Assembly: GCA_965199955.1 (NCBI GenBank)
Contig: CBDATQ010000002.1
Location: forward strand, 1,504,001-1,568,000
From: Spirochaetia bacterium
Lineage (GTDB): Bacteria > Spirochaetota > Spirochaetia > SZUA-6 > Bin103
DNA length: 64,000 nt
Direction: 5' to 3'
Shown here: one piece after another, positions 1-9,590 of the stretch
Numbering within the stretch: the stretch's first letter is position 1
Layout: each line of letters starts with the position of its first letter
Made by a program: the position numbers and the translations under genes
The notes under the pieces: generated by a model
Told to the model about the DNA's origin: nothing
Database searches by the model: none
What the model saw: only the letters and a program-made list of their open reading frames with translations

Positions 1-311
1 AGGGGCTGCCGCCGATCGTCGGCAGCTACTACGTGTTCCGCAACCTGAACTGGATGATCCGCGCCATCGTCGTGGACGGGGAAGGCGTGCGGGACTCGGT
101 GCGGCGCTACGACGACGCGATCAACCGGGAGCTGGCGCGCAAGCGCGCCGAGTTCGGGCTGGAGACCGAGCGTGCCGCGCTCCCGGCCGAACACCGGCAC
201 CGGTACTGGGAGGGGTTCGTCCGTATCGACCGCCTCGAGGACGCCGACGTGCCGTCCGTGGACGACTTCGTCCCCGCGGAGATCGTGCGCGAGCTGGCGG
301 CGGCGGATTGA
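1..311 (+). CDS. Partial gene (3' end), probably an extracellular solute-binding protein of the downstream ABC system
   Basis: Open frame from the window edge, stop overlaps the permease start; position and tail (DAINRELARKRAEFG) resemble large sugar-binding proteins. Confidence 0.5.
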   Translation, partial: GLPPIVGSYYVFRNLNWMIRAIVVDGEGVRDSVRRYDDAINRELARKRAEFGLETERAALPAEHRHRYWEGFVRIDRLEDADVPSVDDFVPAEIVRELAAAD

Positions 312-1249
312 AAGCGATGTCGGCCGTGCACGTTCCGGGCATGACCCTGAGCGAGCGGCTGAGGGTCACGGGCGCGAAGCTCTGGCAGGCACGCGTGTCC
401 TACGCAATGCTGGCCCCGTTCGTCATCGCCTTCACCGTGTTCGTGGTAGTGCCGGTCCTGTTCTCCTTCGTGCTGAGCTTCACGCAGTTCAACATGGTGC
501 AGCGCCCGGACTGGGTCGGGTTCGAGAACTACCTGCGGATGTTCCTGGACGACAGGATCTTCCTGATCGCCCTGCAGAACACCCTGGTCTACGCGGCGAT
601 CACCGGCCCGGTCGGATACCTGCTCTCCTTTCTGTTCGCCTGGCTCATCAACGAGATGCGCCACCGGCTCAGGATCGTGCTGACGCTGCTGTTCTACGCC
701 CCGGCGATCGCCGGCAACGCCTTCATGATCTGGGTGCTGCTCTTCAGCCCGGACGCGCACGGCTACATCAACGGCACGCTGATCGCCCTGGGCATGATCT
801 CCAAACCGATCCAGTGGCTGATCGACCCCGATTACATGATGCCGATCGTGATCGGGGTCGTGCTGTGGATGAGCCTGGGGACCAGCTTCCTGGTCTTCAT
901 CGCCGGGCTCAAGGGCATCGACGAGTTCCTCTACGAGGCGGCGGCCATCGACGGCATCGACAACCGCTGGCAGGAGTTGTGGTACATCACCCTGCCGGCC
1001 ATGCGCGGCTACCTGCTGTTCGGGGCGATCGTCGCCATCACGGAATCGATGACCAACACGACGATCATCTCGGCTCTGACCGGCGACGAGCCGACCGACT
1101 GGGCCACCTGGACGATCGTTCAGCACTCGAACGACCACGCCCTGGTGCGGTTCGAGCTGGGCTACTCCTCGGCGATCATCTTCCTGCTGTTCCTGGCCAT
1201 GGTGGCGGCGCAGAAGATCGTGCAGCGCTTGTTGGCCAAGGTGGGGTGA
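308..1249 (+). CDS. Carbohydrate ABC transporter permease (MalF/UgpA-like)
   Basis: Multiple TM helices, WVGFENY, EAA loop LYEAAAIDG. Confidence 0.92.
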   Translation: MKAMSAVHVPGMTLSERLRVTGAKLWQARVSYAMLAPFVIAFTVFVVVPVLFSFVLSFTQFNMVQRPDWVGFENYLRMFLDDRIFLIALQNTLVYAAITGPVGYLLSFLFAWLINEMRHRLRIVLTLLFYAPAIAGNAFMIWVLLFSPDAHGYINGTLIALGMISKPIQWLIDPDYMMPIVIGVVLWMSLGTSFLVFIAGLKGIDEFLYEAAAIDGIDNRWQELWYITLPAMRGYLLFGAIVAITESMTNTTIISALTGDEPTDWATWTIVQHSNDHALVRFELGYSSAIIFLLFLAMVAAQKIVQRLLAKVG

Positions 1250-1253
1250 GAAC

Positions 1254-2132
1254 ATGAGGCGCAACGTCGCGACCATCCTGCGGAACCGCAATCTGTCGCG
1301 CTCGCTGGCGGGCGACATCGTCATCCTGCTGTTCCTCTGCGGCGGCGGCATCTTCATGGCGCTGCCGCTGGTCTACGCCGCCGGCAACGCCTTCAAGCCG
1401 CTGGACGAGCTGTTCCTGTTTCCGCCCCGCTTCGTCCCGCGCCGGGCGACGTTCCAGAACTTCACCGACCTGTTCCTGCTGATGGAGCAGTCCTGGATTC
1501 CGCTGTCCCGCTACTTCTTCAACTCCGTGTTCATCGTCTCCTTCGCATTGGCGGGCAATCTGGCGATCTGCTCGATCGCCGCCTACGTGCTCTCCAAGCA
1601 CGATTTTCCCGGCAGGAAGCTCATCAACGAGGTCATCATCCTCAGTCTCATGTTCTCGGGAGCGGTGACCGTCATCCCGAACTACCTGACGCTGTCGTGG
1701 CTGGGGTTCATCGACAGCTACTGGGCGATCGTCGTGCCCGCGTGGGCGCAGACCCTCGGCCTCTACCTGATGAAGAAGTTCATCGACTCCATGGTGCACG
1801 ACTCGCTGATCCAGGCGGCCCGCATCGACGGGGCGGGCGAGCTGACGATCTTCGCGCGCGTGGTCATGCCGATCGTCACGCCGGCCTGGCTGACCCTGAT
1901 TATCATCAACTTCCAGGTGATGTGGCGGAACACCGGCGATATCTTCATCTACTCCGAGCAGTTGAAGCCGCTTCCGTACGCCCTGTCGCAGGTCGCCGGC
2001 GGCGGCATCGCCCGTGTGGGCGCCGCGTCCGTGGTCACCCTCTTCATCATGGTGGTGCCGATCGGCGTGTTCATCTTCAACCAGAGTAGGATCGTGGAGA
2101 CCATGGGCACCTCCGGCATGACGGGGGAGTAG
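1254..2132 (+). CDS. Carbohydrate ABC transporter permease (MalG/UgpE-like)
   Basis: TM helices, FPGRK, IQAARIDGAGE EAA motif. Confidence 0.92.
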   Translation: MRRNVATILRNRNLSRSLAGDIVILLFLCGGGIFMALPLVYAAGNAFKPLDELFLFPPRFVPRRATFQNFTDLFLLMEQSWIPLSRYFFNSVFIVSFALAGNLAICSIAAYVLSKHDFPGRKLINEVIILSLMFSGAVTVIPNYLTLSWLGFIDSYWAIVVPAWAQTLGLYLMKKFIDSMVHDSLIQAARIDGAGELTIFARVVMPIVTPAWLTLIIINFQVMWRNTGDIFIYSEQLKPLPYALSQVAGGGIARVGAASVVTLFIMVVPIGVFIFNQSRIVETMGTSGMTGE

Positions 2133-2187
2133 CCCGGTGCTTGTTGACTCCGGATGCGAGGACAGCTTACGTTCCGGGAACGACCGC

Positions 2188-2442
2188 ATGAACCTGACAC
2201 GCCGGGAGATTCACCACTTGGTCGATGCCTTGCCGGAGCGCGAGCTCACGGCCGCCAAGAGGTACTTGCAGTTTCTCCAGGGAGTGGAGAACGATTCCTT
2301 GAGCGCTGCGCTGATGACGGCATCCTGGGACGATGAGCCGGAGTCTCCTGAAGAAGCCGAGGCGATTCAGGAGGCTTACCAGGACGTGGAACGGGGCGCG
2401 GTCGTAGACGACGGCCAGCTCGACTCGCTTTTGCAGCAATAA
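2188..2442 (+). CDS. Putative antitoxin
   Basis: 84-aa acidic protein (DDEPESPEEAEAIQEAYQD) directly upstream of a RelE-like toxin. Confidence 0.7.
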   Translation: MNLTRREIHHLVDALPERELTAAKRYLQFLQGVENDSLSAALMTASWDDEPESPEEAEAIQEAYQDVERGAVVDDGQLDSLLQQ

Positions 2443-2460
2443 CTCTCCCAGGGACAGTCT

Positions 2461-2718
2461 TTGTCCGTTCAATGGACGCGCCGCGCGGTGTCGGATCTGT
2501 GCGGACTGGACGCGGGGGTCTGCGAGAGAGTCCGTAACGCCGTCGCCAGATATGCGGCACATCAGCAAGGAGATGTGCGCAGGCTACGCGGCTACGATCG
2601 TGAATGGCGACTGCGAGTCGGATCGTGGCGCATCAGATTTACGCTCGATGATTCGGCGTCCCCTCCTGTCATCCTGGTGCTGCGGGTACTGCACCGGAGG
2701 GAAGCGTACAGAGGCTGA
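2461..2718 (+). CDS. RelE/ParE family type II toxin
   Basis: Basic 85-aa protein with WRLRVGSWRIRF and VLHRREAY RelE-type motifs. Confidence 0.88.
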   Translation: MSVQWTRRAVSDLCGLDAGVCERVRNAVARYAAHQQGDVRRLRGYDREWRLRVGSWRIRFTLDDSASPPVILVLRVLHRREAYRG

Positions 2719-2828
2719 ACCACCGGAACAGGAGCATGCGAATCGCGGAGCGTTTCCAGCGCGCTGAATGCTGCCTCGGCCCCACGCGGCAAAACCGCTC
2801 AGGAAGCACGCATCACCATCCGTCCGTC

Positions 2829-2858
2829 TTGACATCGAGCCAAGCCTGAGTCGATGAT
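2829..2858 (+). promoter_or_regulatory. Putative sigma70-type promoter, likely leaderless transcript
   Basis: TTGACA (2829-2834), 18-nt spacer, GATGAT ending 6 nt before ATG 2865; no Shine-Dalgarno. Confidence 0.45.
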
Positions 2859-2864
2859 CCGACC

Positions 2865-3833
2865 ATGGACAAGCCGTCCAGTGCGACGGCCCCCGGCGCG
2901 ATCGACGCGGCCGTCAGACAGACGCTGCGCAGGCAGACCCGATCCCGCATCGTCCGCATGAAAGAGCTGTACCTGCTCTTTCTGATCCCCCTAGCCCTGC
3001 TGGCGGTCTTCAAGTACGTCCCCATGGTCGGGGTGATGATCGCTTTCAAGGACTACAGCGCCCGCGCCGGCATCGTGGGCAGCCCCTGGAACGACTTCGA
3101 GCACTTCAAGTGGTTCTTTTCGATTCCGCAGTTCGCGGAGCTGATCCTCAACACGTTCCGGATCAGCCTGCTCAAGTTCGCCTTCGGGTTTCCGGCGCCG
3201 ATCGCCTTCGCGCTGATCCTCAACGAGCTGACCAACCGCCGCTACAAGCGCGTCGTGCAGAGCATCTCCTACCTGCCGCACTTCCTGTCCTGGGTGGTGC
3301 TGGGGGCGATCTTCAAGGTGCTGTTCTCGGTGGAGCGGGGCCCGATCAACGCCATCCTGCAGGCCCTTGGCGCCGAGCCCGTCTATTTCCTGGCCGAGCC
3401 CGACTGGTTCCTGTTCTCGGTGGTCATCACCCACATCTGGAAGAGCATCGGCTGGGGCAGCATCATCTTCCTGGCGTCGATCACCTCCATCGATCCCGGC
3501 CTGTACGACGCCGCCGACGTGGACGGCGCGAACCGCCTGCAGAAGATCCTGCACGTGACCCTGCCGTCGATGGTCCCCGTGATCGTCATCATGCTCATCC
3601 TCAGCGTGCAGAACCTGAACCAAGCGGGCTTCGACCAGATCTTCAACCTCTACAACCCGCTGGTGTTCAGCGTCGCCGACATCTTCGAGACCTACGTGTA
3701 CCGCGTCGGGCTGGTCGACCGGCAGTACGACTTCGGCGCCGCGGTGAACCTGTTCCAGAACCTGGTGGCGGTCATGTTCGTGCTGATCGCCAATACCCTG
3801 GCGCGGCGCTACAGCGAGTACGCCCTATGGTAG
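2865..3833 (+). CDS. Polysaccharide/sugar ABC permease (LplB/YteP-like)
   Basis: SYLPHFLSWVV, GWGSIIFLA, LYDAADVDGA motifs. Confidence 0.92.
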   Translation: MDKPSSATAPGAIDAAVRQTLRRQTRSRIVRMKELYLLFLIPLALLAVFKYVPMVGVMIAFKDYSARAGIVGSPWNDFEHFKWFFSIPQFAELILNTFRISLLKFAFGFPAPIAFALILNELTNRRYKRVVQSISYLPHFLSWVVLGAIFKVLFSVERGPINAILQALGAEPVYFLAEPDWFLFSVVITHIWKSIGWGSIIFLASITSIDPGLYDAADVDGANRLQKILHVTLPSMVPVIVIMLILSVQNLNQAGFDQIFNLYNPLVFSVADIFETYVYRVGLVDRQYDFGAAVNLFQNLVAVMFVLIANTLARRYSEYALW

Positions 3834-3861
3834 CAGGAGCTGTGGTAGGAAGGCGGATGCG

Positions 3862-4752
3862 GTGACCATCCGCAGAGGGATCGGCAGCCATACCTTCGAC
3901 GGGCTCAACGTGCTGTTCATGGCCGCGTTCTGCATCACGGTGCTGTACCCGTTCTGGAACCTGATCCTGGTGTCGCTGGAGGGCGTCGAGGAGGCCAAGG
4001 CGCTGCGCTTCAAGCTGACCAACCAACACTGGAATGCGTCGGCGTACGAGTACCTGCTGTTCGACTCGCTGGTGCTGCGATCCTACCGCAACACGATTCT
4101 GCGCACGGTGGTGGGGACCGCCATGAGCGTGTTCGTCTGCTCGCTGGCAGCCTACACCGTGTCCAAGCGGGATCTCCCCGGCCGCGGCCTGCTGATGGCG
4201 GTCCTGATCATCACCCTGTTCTTCTCGGGCGGATTCATCCCCACGTTTCTGCTCATCAGGGGCCTGGGGCTGTACAACACGTTCTGGGTGCTGGTGCTGC
4301 CGGGCCTGGTGAACGCGTTCAACGTCATCATCATCCGCAACTTCTTCATGGCGATCGACCCGGGGGTCGAGGAGTCGGCGCTGATGGACGGCGCCACCTA
4401 CCGGCGCATCCTGGTGTCGATCGTCATGCCGCTGAGCATGCCGGTGCTGGCGACGGTCACGCTGTGGACGGCCGTGAGCATCTGGAACGAGTGGTTCGAG
4501 GCGCTGATCTTCACGTCCGGAAACGACTGGATCGTGCTGCAGGAGTTCATCCGCCGCATGATGGAGGAGGTCTTCAACAAGCGGGAGCTCGCGGTCATCG
4601 ACCGGTTCAACGACGAGTTCGGCCGGCAGATCCAGCGCGACAACGTGCAGTCGGCGGTGATCATCATCACCATCGGACCGATCGTCCTGCTCTATCCGTT
4701 CCTGCAGCGCTACTTCGTGCGCGGCATCATGGTCGGCTCCCTGAAGGCATAA
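3862..4752 (+). CDS. Carbohydrate ABC permease (LplC/YtcP-like)
   Basis: FSGGFIPTF, EESALMDGA, YPFLQRYFVRGIMVGSLK. Confidence 0.92.
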   Translation: MTIRRGIGSHTFDGLNVLFMAAFCITVLYPFWNLILVSLEGVEEAKALRFKLTNQHWNASAYEYLLFDSLVLRSYRNTILRTVVGTAMSVFVCSLAAYTVSKRDLPGRGLLMAVLIITLFFSGGFIPTFLLIRGLGLYNTFWVLVLPGLVNAFNVIIIRNFFMAIDPGVEESALMDGATYRRILVSIVMPLSMPVLATVTLWTAVSIWNEWFEALIFTSGNDWIVLQEFIRRMMEEVFNKRELAVIDRFNDEFGRQIQRDNVQSAVIIITIGPIVLLYPFLQRYFVRGIMVGSLKA

Positions 4753-4763
4753 ACCGGGCGCGC

Positions 4764-4796
4764 AAAGAAAAGGCAGGGCCCTTGCGAGCCCTGCCT
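4764..4796 (-). terminator. Intrinsic terminator of the minus-strand binding-protein gene (possibly bidirectional)
   Basis: AGGCAGGGC-N8-GCCCTGCCT stem preceded on + by AAAGAAA (U-tract on minus), between convergent genes. Confidence 0.75.
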
Positions 4797-4834
4797 GATG
4801 TGTGTCCCGGAGCTGGTGCTCCGAGCAGCGAAGC

Positions 4835-6523
4835 TCAGTACTCGAGCCTGCCTTCGAGGTAGGCGTCGACCAACGGCGCCTTGGCGAACTCCGCCAGGTA
4901 CCGGCTCATGCCGTTCCGCTCGAGCTCGGCCAGGTAGTCGTCCCAGTCTTCATCGAGGTCGAGATCTCCCAGGATGAAATTGGCTGTGTACTCCAGGGCC
5001 GTGGTGGTGAGGCCCGAGTCGTAGCGATTGCGCATCCTGATGATGTTGGTCTCGTTCAGGAAGTCGTAGCGGTACTGGTGGACATAGTGGTCCATGTAGC
5101 CGTCTTTCGCGAGCAGATCATTCTCCACCTGCTCGTACGGCTGCCCCAGTTTGCGGATGTCGTGCAGCCACGGGAGCCAGTATCCGCCGATCAGGTTGCC
5201 GGCGTGCTTGTGGCGCTCGTCCTCCGGGAACTCGTGCTGGGTGACCGGAGACTTCCAGGGTTCGCCTGACCAGTCATAGTTCACGCCTTCCACGCCGTAC
5301 CAGTTGCGCATGAACCCCTCGCGAGTGGAGTGCAGCCAGTCGAAGATGCGCATGGCGCGGTCGAATTTCTCATCGGAGAGGTCGCTCGCCGCCAAGGCGG
5401 CACGCCCTCGGGTGCCGATTTTGAATCCGGTGGGGATCGCCGGCGTCATCGCCGACCCACCGGTTGAGGTCCCGTACATTCCGGTCATGTGGTTCAACTC
5501 GGTCGGCACCACCAGCACCTTGGCATCGGGGTTCGCATACAGCATCGCGAATGGCACCTCGGTGTCCGCAGCCTCGTAGATGTAGGAGTAGTGGTACTGC
5601 ATGTAGCCGAGGTGGCCGGAGTTCCACAGATCCCGCGCGGCGCCCGCGTCCTGGGCCGCGATCACCGTCTCCTTGCTCAGGACGCCCTCCTGATAGAGCT
5701 GGTTGAACCACCTGAGCGCGTCCCGGTAGGCGTCGGTCGCGTAAGCGAACTTCAATTCGCCGTCTTCCAGCACGTTGATGTCCACGCCGCGGCCCTCGGT
5801 GCCGTACAGCGAGCCGGCCTGGCCGAAGCCGGTGAAGGTGGCGGGGAAGTAGCTGCCGACGCCGTAGGTCCGTTCGGCGCCCGAGACGTTCTCGTCCACG
5901 AACCGCTTGAGGATCTGGCGCATCTGGTCGGTGTCGAAGCCCTCGGTGCTCCAGAACACCCGCGGTGCGATCTCCGTAAGTTCGCCGGGGGCTTCGATGC
6001 CGAGCTTCTCCAGCCAGTCAAGGCGGTAGTAGGAGACCATCATCGTCGACGGGGTGCGAAAGAGCTGCGGGATTCCCATCAGCGCGTCCTCGCCCGGCAC
6101 GCGCAGGAAGGACCACGCCCCGGTGTCATCCATGAGCGCGGCGGTGTTGGGCATCTTCTCGCGGATGTCCTCGAACGACCACGTGCGGATGAAGTCGTCC
6201 TGATACAGCTCGTCCATGTTCGCCTGCAGCACCGCGGAGAACTCCGGGAGGCGGCCGGTCGCGAGCTGCGCGGCCACCGCTTCGTCGTTGCTCCAGTCCC
6301 GCAGATCGGGCCAGATGAAGGTCGTGTTGAACCGCTCCGACATCTCGTTGAGATAGATGTTCTCGGAAGCCTTCGACTCGTCGTGGAAGCGCATGGTCCA
6401 GCCGAGCCATTCGATCTCCAGGTGCTTGGCGAAGTGGTCCTGGCCGAACGCCGCGCCGGTCGCCATGACCATGATGAGCCCCATCACGACTCCGGTGAGC
6501 AGCGATCTCCGTAACCGTCTCAT
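4835..6523 (-). CDS. Extracellular solute-binding protein (family 1, LplA-like)
   Basis: Signal peptide MRRLRRSLL..., GAGGAG RBS, YRLDWLEKLG and YGVEGVNY motifs. Confidence 0.85.
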   Translation of the reverse strand: MRRLRRSLLTGVVMGLIMVMATGAAFGQDHFAKHLEIEWLGWTMRFHDESKASENIYLNEMSERFNTTFIWPDLRDWSNDEAVAAQLATGRLPEFSAVLQANMDELYQDDFIRTWSFEDIREKMPNTAALMDDTGAWSFLRVPGEDALMGIPQLFRTPSTMMVSYYRLDWLEKLGIEAPGELTEIAPRVFWSTEGFDTDQMRQILKRFVDENVSGAERTYGVGSYFPATFTGFGQAGSLYGTEGRGVDINVLEDGELKFAYATDAYRDALRWFNQLYQEGVLSKETVIAAQDAGAARDLWNSGHLGYMQYHYSYIYEAADTEVPFAMLYANPDAKVLVVPTELNHMTGMYGTSTGGSAMTPAIPTGFKIGTRGRAALAASDLSDEKFDRAMRIFDWLHSTREGFMRNWYGVEGVNYDWSGEPWKSPVTQHEFPEDERHKHAGNLIGGYWLPWLHDIRKLGQPYEQVENDLLAKDGYMDHYVHQYRYDFLNETNIIRMRNRYDSGLTTTALEYTANFILGDLDLDEDWDDYLAELERNGMSRYLAEFAKAPLVDAYLEGRLEY

Positions 6524-6601
6524 GTAAACCCTCCTCTGTGGGAAATGGATTCCCGGCAGTCTACGGGCCACTGACGGCCGGGGCAACCACGGGAAGCGGC
6601 A

Positions 6602-7777
6602 TCAGGGTGACGTGAGCGGTTCGGACCCCGGCGCCGAAGCGCCGAGAGGCGCGGCGTGGTCGAGCACGTATGCCATCAACGACGGGATGCCGGCGAACCA
6701 CACGACCGGGGGGAGCTGGCCGGGCGGGCTCCAGATGTATCCTAGCCGGTTCAACGCCTCGCGGGCCTCGATCCGCGTGACGGCGTCCGCGCCGGTCGTC
6801 GCGAGGGCAGTGTCGATGGCATGGTCGGAAGCGGTGGCTGCGGCGCCGGCCTGGAATAGCGCCGCCGTGGCCACCGCCGCAGGCAGCCGTCCGCCGGCCT
6901 CCAACTCCCGGTACCGATCCAGGTAGTAGTCGGTTACCCGCGCGATCACGCCAGGGCGCACGGCGTCCGCGTGAGCGGCGGTCAGCCGGGTCACGCCCGT
7001 GGCCAGTTGTTGTTCCCACAAGGCTTCTCCCCAGAGCTGGATGAAGTACGGGTAGCGCTGGCTCTCCTCCACGACCGCGGTAAGGGTGTCAGCGTCGATG
7101 CCCACCCCATGAGCCTCCAGCGGCTCGACCAGTGCGGCGTGGGCGGCTGCGTCACTGAGCAGGGCGATGCCCAGGCGTCCCTTGCCCAAACGGCTCCAGA
7201 ACGAGGCGTCCATGGTGCCGAGATGCGCCGTCAGTCCCGGCGTGCCGGCCAGTACCAGCAGCAACGGCGCCTCCGCCCGAACCTCCTGGCTCACGTTCAG
7301 CAGGAGCTGGCCGACGTCGCGCGCGAGCGTGTGCGCTTCGTCGAGCAGGACGACGACCGGCTTTGCCTGGCACCGAGCGATCAACCGGTCCGTCAGGTTC
7401 TGAGGGGACGGGGCGTGCGTCGGCCATTCGGTTTCACCGACGCCCGCAACGCCGACCTTCACCGGTAGCATCTTCCGGATGAGGGACTCAGGCAGCAGAA
7501 GCTCGACCAGCGCCTGCTCGGTCCGTATTCGGCTGGGCGACAGGCGCACGATATCTACGCGTCCGGCCTGCCGACAGGCGCGCTCGAACCATTTGAGCAG
7601 TACGGTCTTGCCGTTGCCGCGCGGCCCCATGAGCGCCACGTTGTGCGGCGGTGCAGCGCCGTTGAGCAGGTCCGCCAGGCACTGCAACAGGATCGCCTCT
7701 TCCCGTTCGCGGCCGGTGAGTGCCGGCGGCGCAGCACCGTCGCCGGGAGCGAACAGCCGCTGCGCCGGTGCCTTCAT
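6602..7777 (-). CDS. Stand-alone AAA+/P-loop ATPase (AAA_16-like)
   Basis: Walker A GPRGNGKT, Walker B VVLLDEAH, YPYFIQL; start chosen at the ATG 7 nt below a TATGCT box. Confidence 0.85.
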   Translation of the reverse strand: MKAPAQRLFAPGDGAAPPALTGREREEAILLQCLADLLNGAAPPHNVALMGPRGNGKTVLLKWFERACRQAGRVDIVRLSPSRIRTEQALVELLLPESLIRKMLPVKVGVAGVGETEWPTHAPSPQNLTDRLIARCQAKPVVVLLDEAHTLARDVGQLLLNVSQEVRAEAPLLLVLAGTPGLTAHLGTMDASFWSRLGKGRLGIALLSDAAAHAALVEPLEAHGVGIDADTLTAVVEESQRYPYFIQLWGEALWEQQLATGVTRLTAAHADAVRPGVIARVTDYYLDRYRELEAGGRLPAAVATAALFQAGAAATASDHAIDTALATTGADAVTRIEAREALNRLGYIWSPPGQLPPVVWFAGIPSLMAYVLDHAAPLGASAPGSEPLTSP

Positions 7778-7866
7778 GGGCCGCAGCATACGATGCGGAC
7801 AGGAGGCACCGTTTTGCCGGGCGAAGACGGCACCGGCAGAATCGGAGCGATCACGGAGGTTTGACC

Positions 7867-9417
7867 ATGCAGGACCGGTATCGATTGGTGGAGGTCGGCA
7901 CGACGACGCAGCTCCTGATCGACGATCACGTCGTGGACGACATCTGGCTGCTGCGCCGGGTTCCGGAGATGCCGGCCAAGCATCCGGACAACCCGCTGGC
8001 GATCGCTCCCAGCCTGTACGACGCCGAGGAGAAGCTGTTCAAGGCGTGGTATCCGGCGGTCCCGGAGGATCCCGAGGACGACCCCGGCAACGAGGCGCTG
8101 TACGCCCGCGCGTACGCCGTGTCCGACGACGGTTTCGACTGGCACAAGCCGGAGCTCGGCATCGTCGAGCACTCGGGATCGAAGCGGAACAACCTGATCG
8201 ACGTCTCGGCGATGCACGGCGAGTTCGGGGTGGCGATGAAGGACTCCCACGATCCCGATCCCGGCAAGCGGTACAAGGGGACGATCAAGCGCTGGTACCA
8301 CCACGTCGACCCCGACCGGCGCGGCGGCGGCCGGCTGTTCGCCGCGTACTCGGCCGACGGCATCCGCTGGCACATGTACCCGGACGAGCGCTCCATCATC
8401 CGCGACTCCAACGACGGCAACGGCTGCTTCCTCTACGACGAGCGGATCGGCCGCTACGTGAACTTCCGCCGGCCGACCATCCTGGCCGGCCCGCGCGGCG
8501 AGGTGCCCGGCGACCTGGGCTTTCCGGAGGTCGAGGGCGACGAGCGGGGTCTGTACCGGCACCGGGAGGCGGAGGACTACCTGCACCGCTACCTGCGCGC
8601 GCAGCCGTACGTGGACACCCGCGCGGCGATCGGCGCCACCGACCACGCGCACGAAGGGATGGGCTGCAACCGCAGGATCGCCCGGGCGGAGAGCGACGAC
8701 TTCGTGAACTGGACCGACCCGGAGGTGATCATCCGCCCCGACGAGCTGGACCCGCCGCGCCTCTACGGCATCGACGTAACCGTCTGTGACGGCGTGTACA
8801 TCGGACTGCTGCAGGTCTTCAACAAGTGGGGCCTGAAGGGGTACCTGGGCGACCCTTCGCAGGCGGACACGATGGACGTCCAGTTGACCTTCAGCCGGGA
8901 CGGGTTCCGCTGGGAACGGCTGGCCAACCGGCCGGTGTTCATCCCGCGCGGGGTGATCGGCAGTTGGGACGGCGGCATGATCGCCGGCTCGCGGATGATC
9001 GAGCACGGCGACGAGCTGCGCTTCTATTACGCCGGACACTCGGGTTCGCACAACGTTCCGGGGCGGACGAGTGGGACCGGCCTGGCCACGCTGCCGAAAG
9101 GGCGGTTCGTTGCGCGCGCCGCCTCCGACGAGCTGGGCGTGCTGATCACCAAGCCGTTCCGGCTGGAGGGCGACCGCCTGCAGATCAACGCGGACGCCTC
9201 GCGCGGGCGGATCAAGATCGAGGTCGCCGACCCGATCGGCACGCCTATCCCCGGCCTGACCGTCCGCGACTGCCGGCCGATCGAAGGGGACGGGCTGCGC
9301 CTGGCGGTGACCTGGAACGGCGACGAGGCGTTGCGCAAGCTGGCGGGCCAGGTGGTGCGGCTCCGGTTCTACCTGTACGAGTCGAAGCTCTACTCGTTCA
9401 CCGTCGGCGGGGGCTGA
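7867..9417 (+). CDS. Uncharacterised five-bladed beta-propeller (GH32/43/130-clan-like) protein with C-terminal beta-sandwich
   Basis: GGAGG RBS; QLLIDD N-terminus, SDDGFDWHKPELG, SADGIRW, SRDGFRW repeats; paralog of 11599-13095 and 27233-28771. Confidence 0.65.
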   Translation: MQDRYRLVEVGTTTQLLIDDHVVDDIWLLRRVPEMPAKHPDNPLAIAPSLYDAEEKLFKAWYPAVPEDPEDDPGNEALYARAYAVSDDGFDWHKPELGIVEHSGSKRNNLIDVSAMHGEFGVAMKDSHDPDPGKRYKGTIKRWYHHVDPDRRGGGRLFAAYSADGIRWHMYPDERSIIRDSNDGNGCFLYDERIGRYVNFRRPTILAGPRGEVPGDLGFPEVEGDERGLYRHREAEDYLHRYLRAQPYVDTRAAIGATDHAHEGMGCNRRIARAESDDFVNWTDPEVIIRPDELDPPRLYGIDVTVCDGVYIGLLQVFNKWGLKGYLGDPSQADTMDVQLTFSRDGFRWERLANRPVFIPRGVIGSWDGGMIAGSRMIEHGDELRFYYAGHSGSHNVPGRTSGTGLATLPKGRFVARAASDELGVLITKPFRLEGDRLQINADASRGRIKIEVADPIGTPIPGLTVRDCRPIEGDGLRLAVTWNGDEALRKLAGQVVRLRFYLYESKLYSFTVGGG

Positions 9418-9590
9418 CGGATCGAGCCGGAGCGGCTTCGCCTCGATGCGCCTGCTCACCGATCGCCCGACGTTCCGCAACAGCGTGGTGTTGCGGGCCT
9501 CGAATCCCTCCCGATCGCCGCCACGCCGCCCTGACGTCCGTCCGATTGTGAGCTGACCCGCTGTACGATATCGTCGGCCGTCAGAGATCT

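Noticed and set aside
6540..6610. GCCACTG...CGGGAAG resembling a cobalamin riboswitch B12 box
   Set aside because: It is on the strand opposite both flanking genes and the other conserved riboswitch segments are missing; better explained as an imperfect hairpin (CCCGGCAGTC / GACGGCCGGG)
9420..9590. Hairpins (CCGCAACA/TGTTGCGG) upstream of the HNH gene as attC or ncRNA
   Set aside because: No RYYYAAC/GTTRRRY ends and no second copy; short stems are common at this GC
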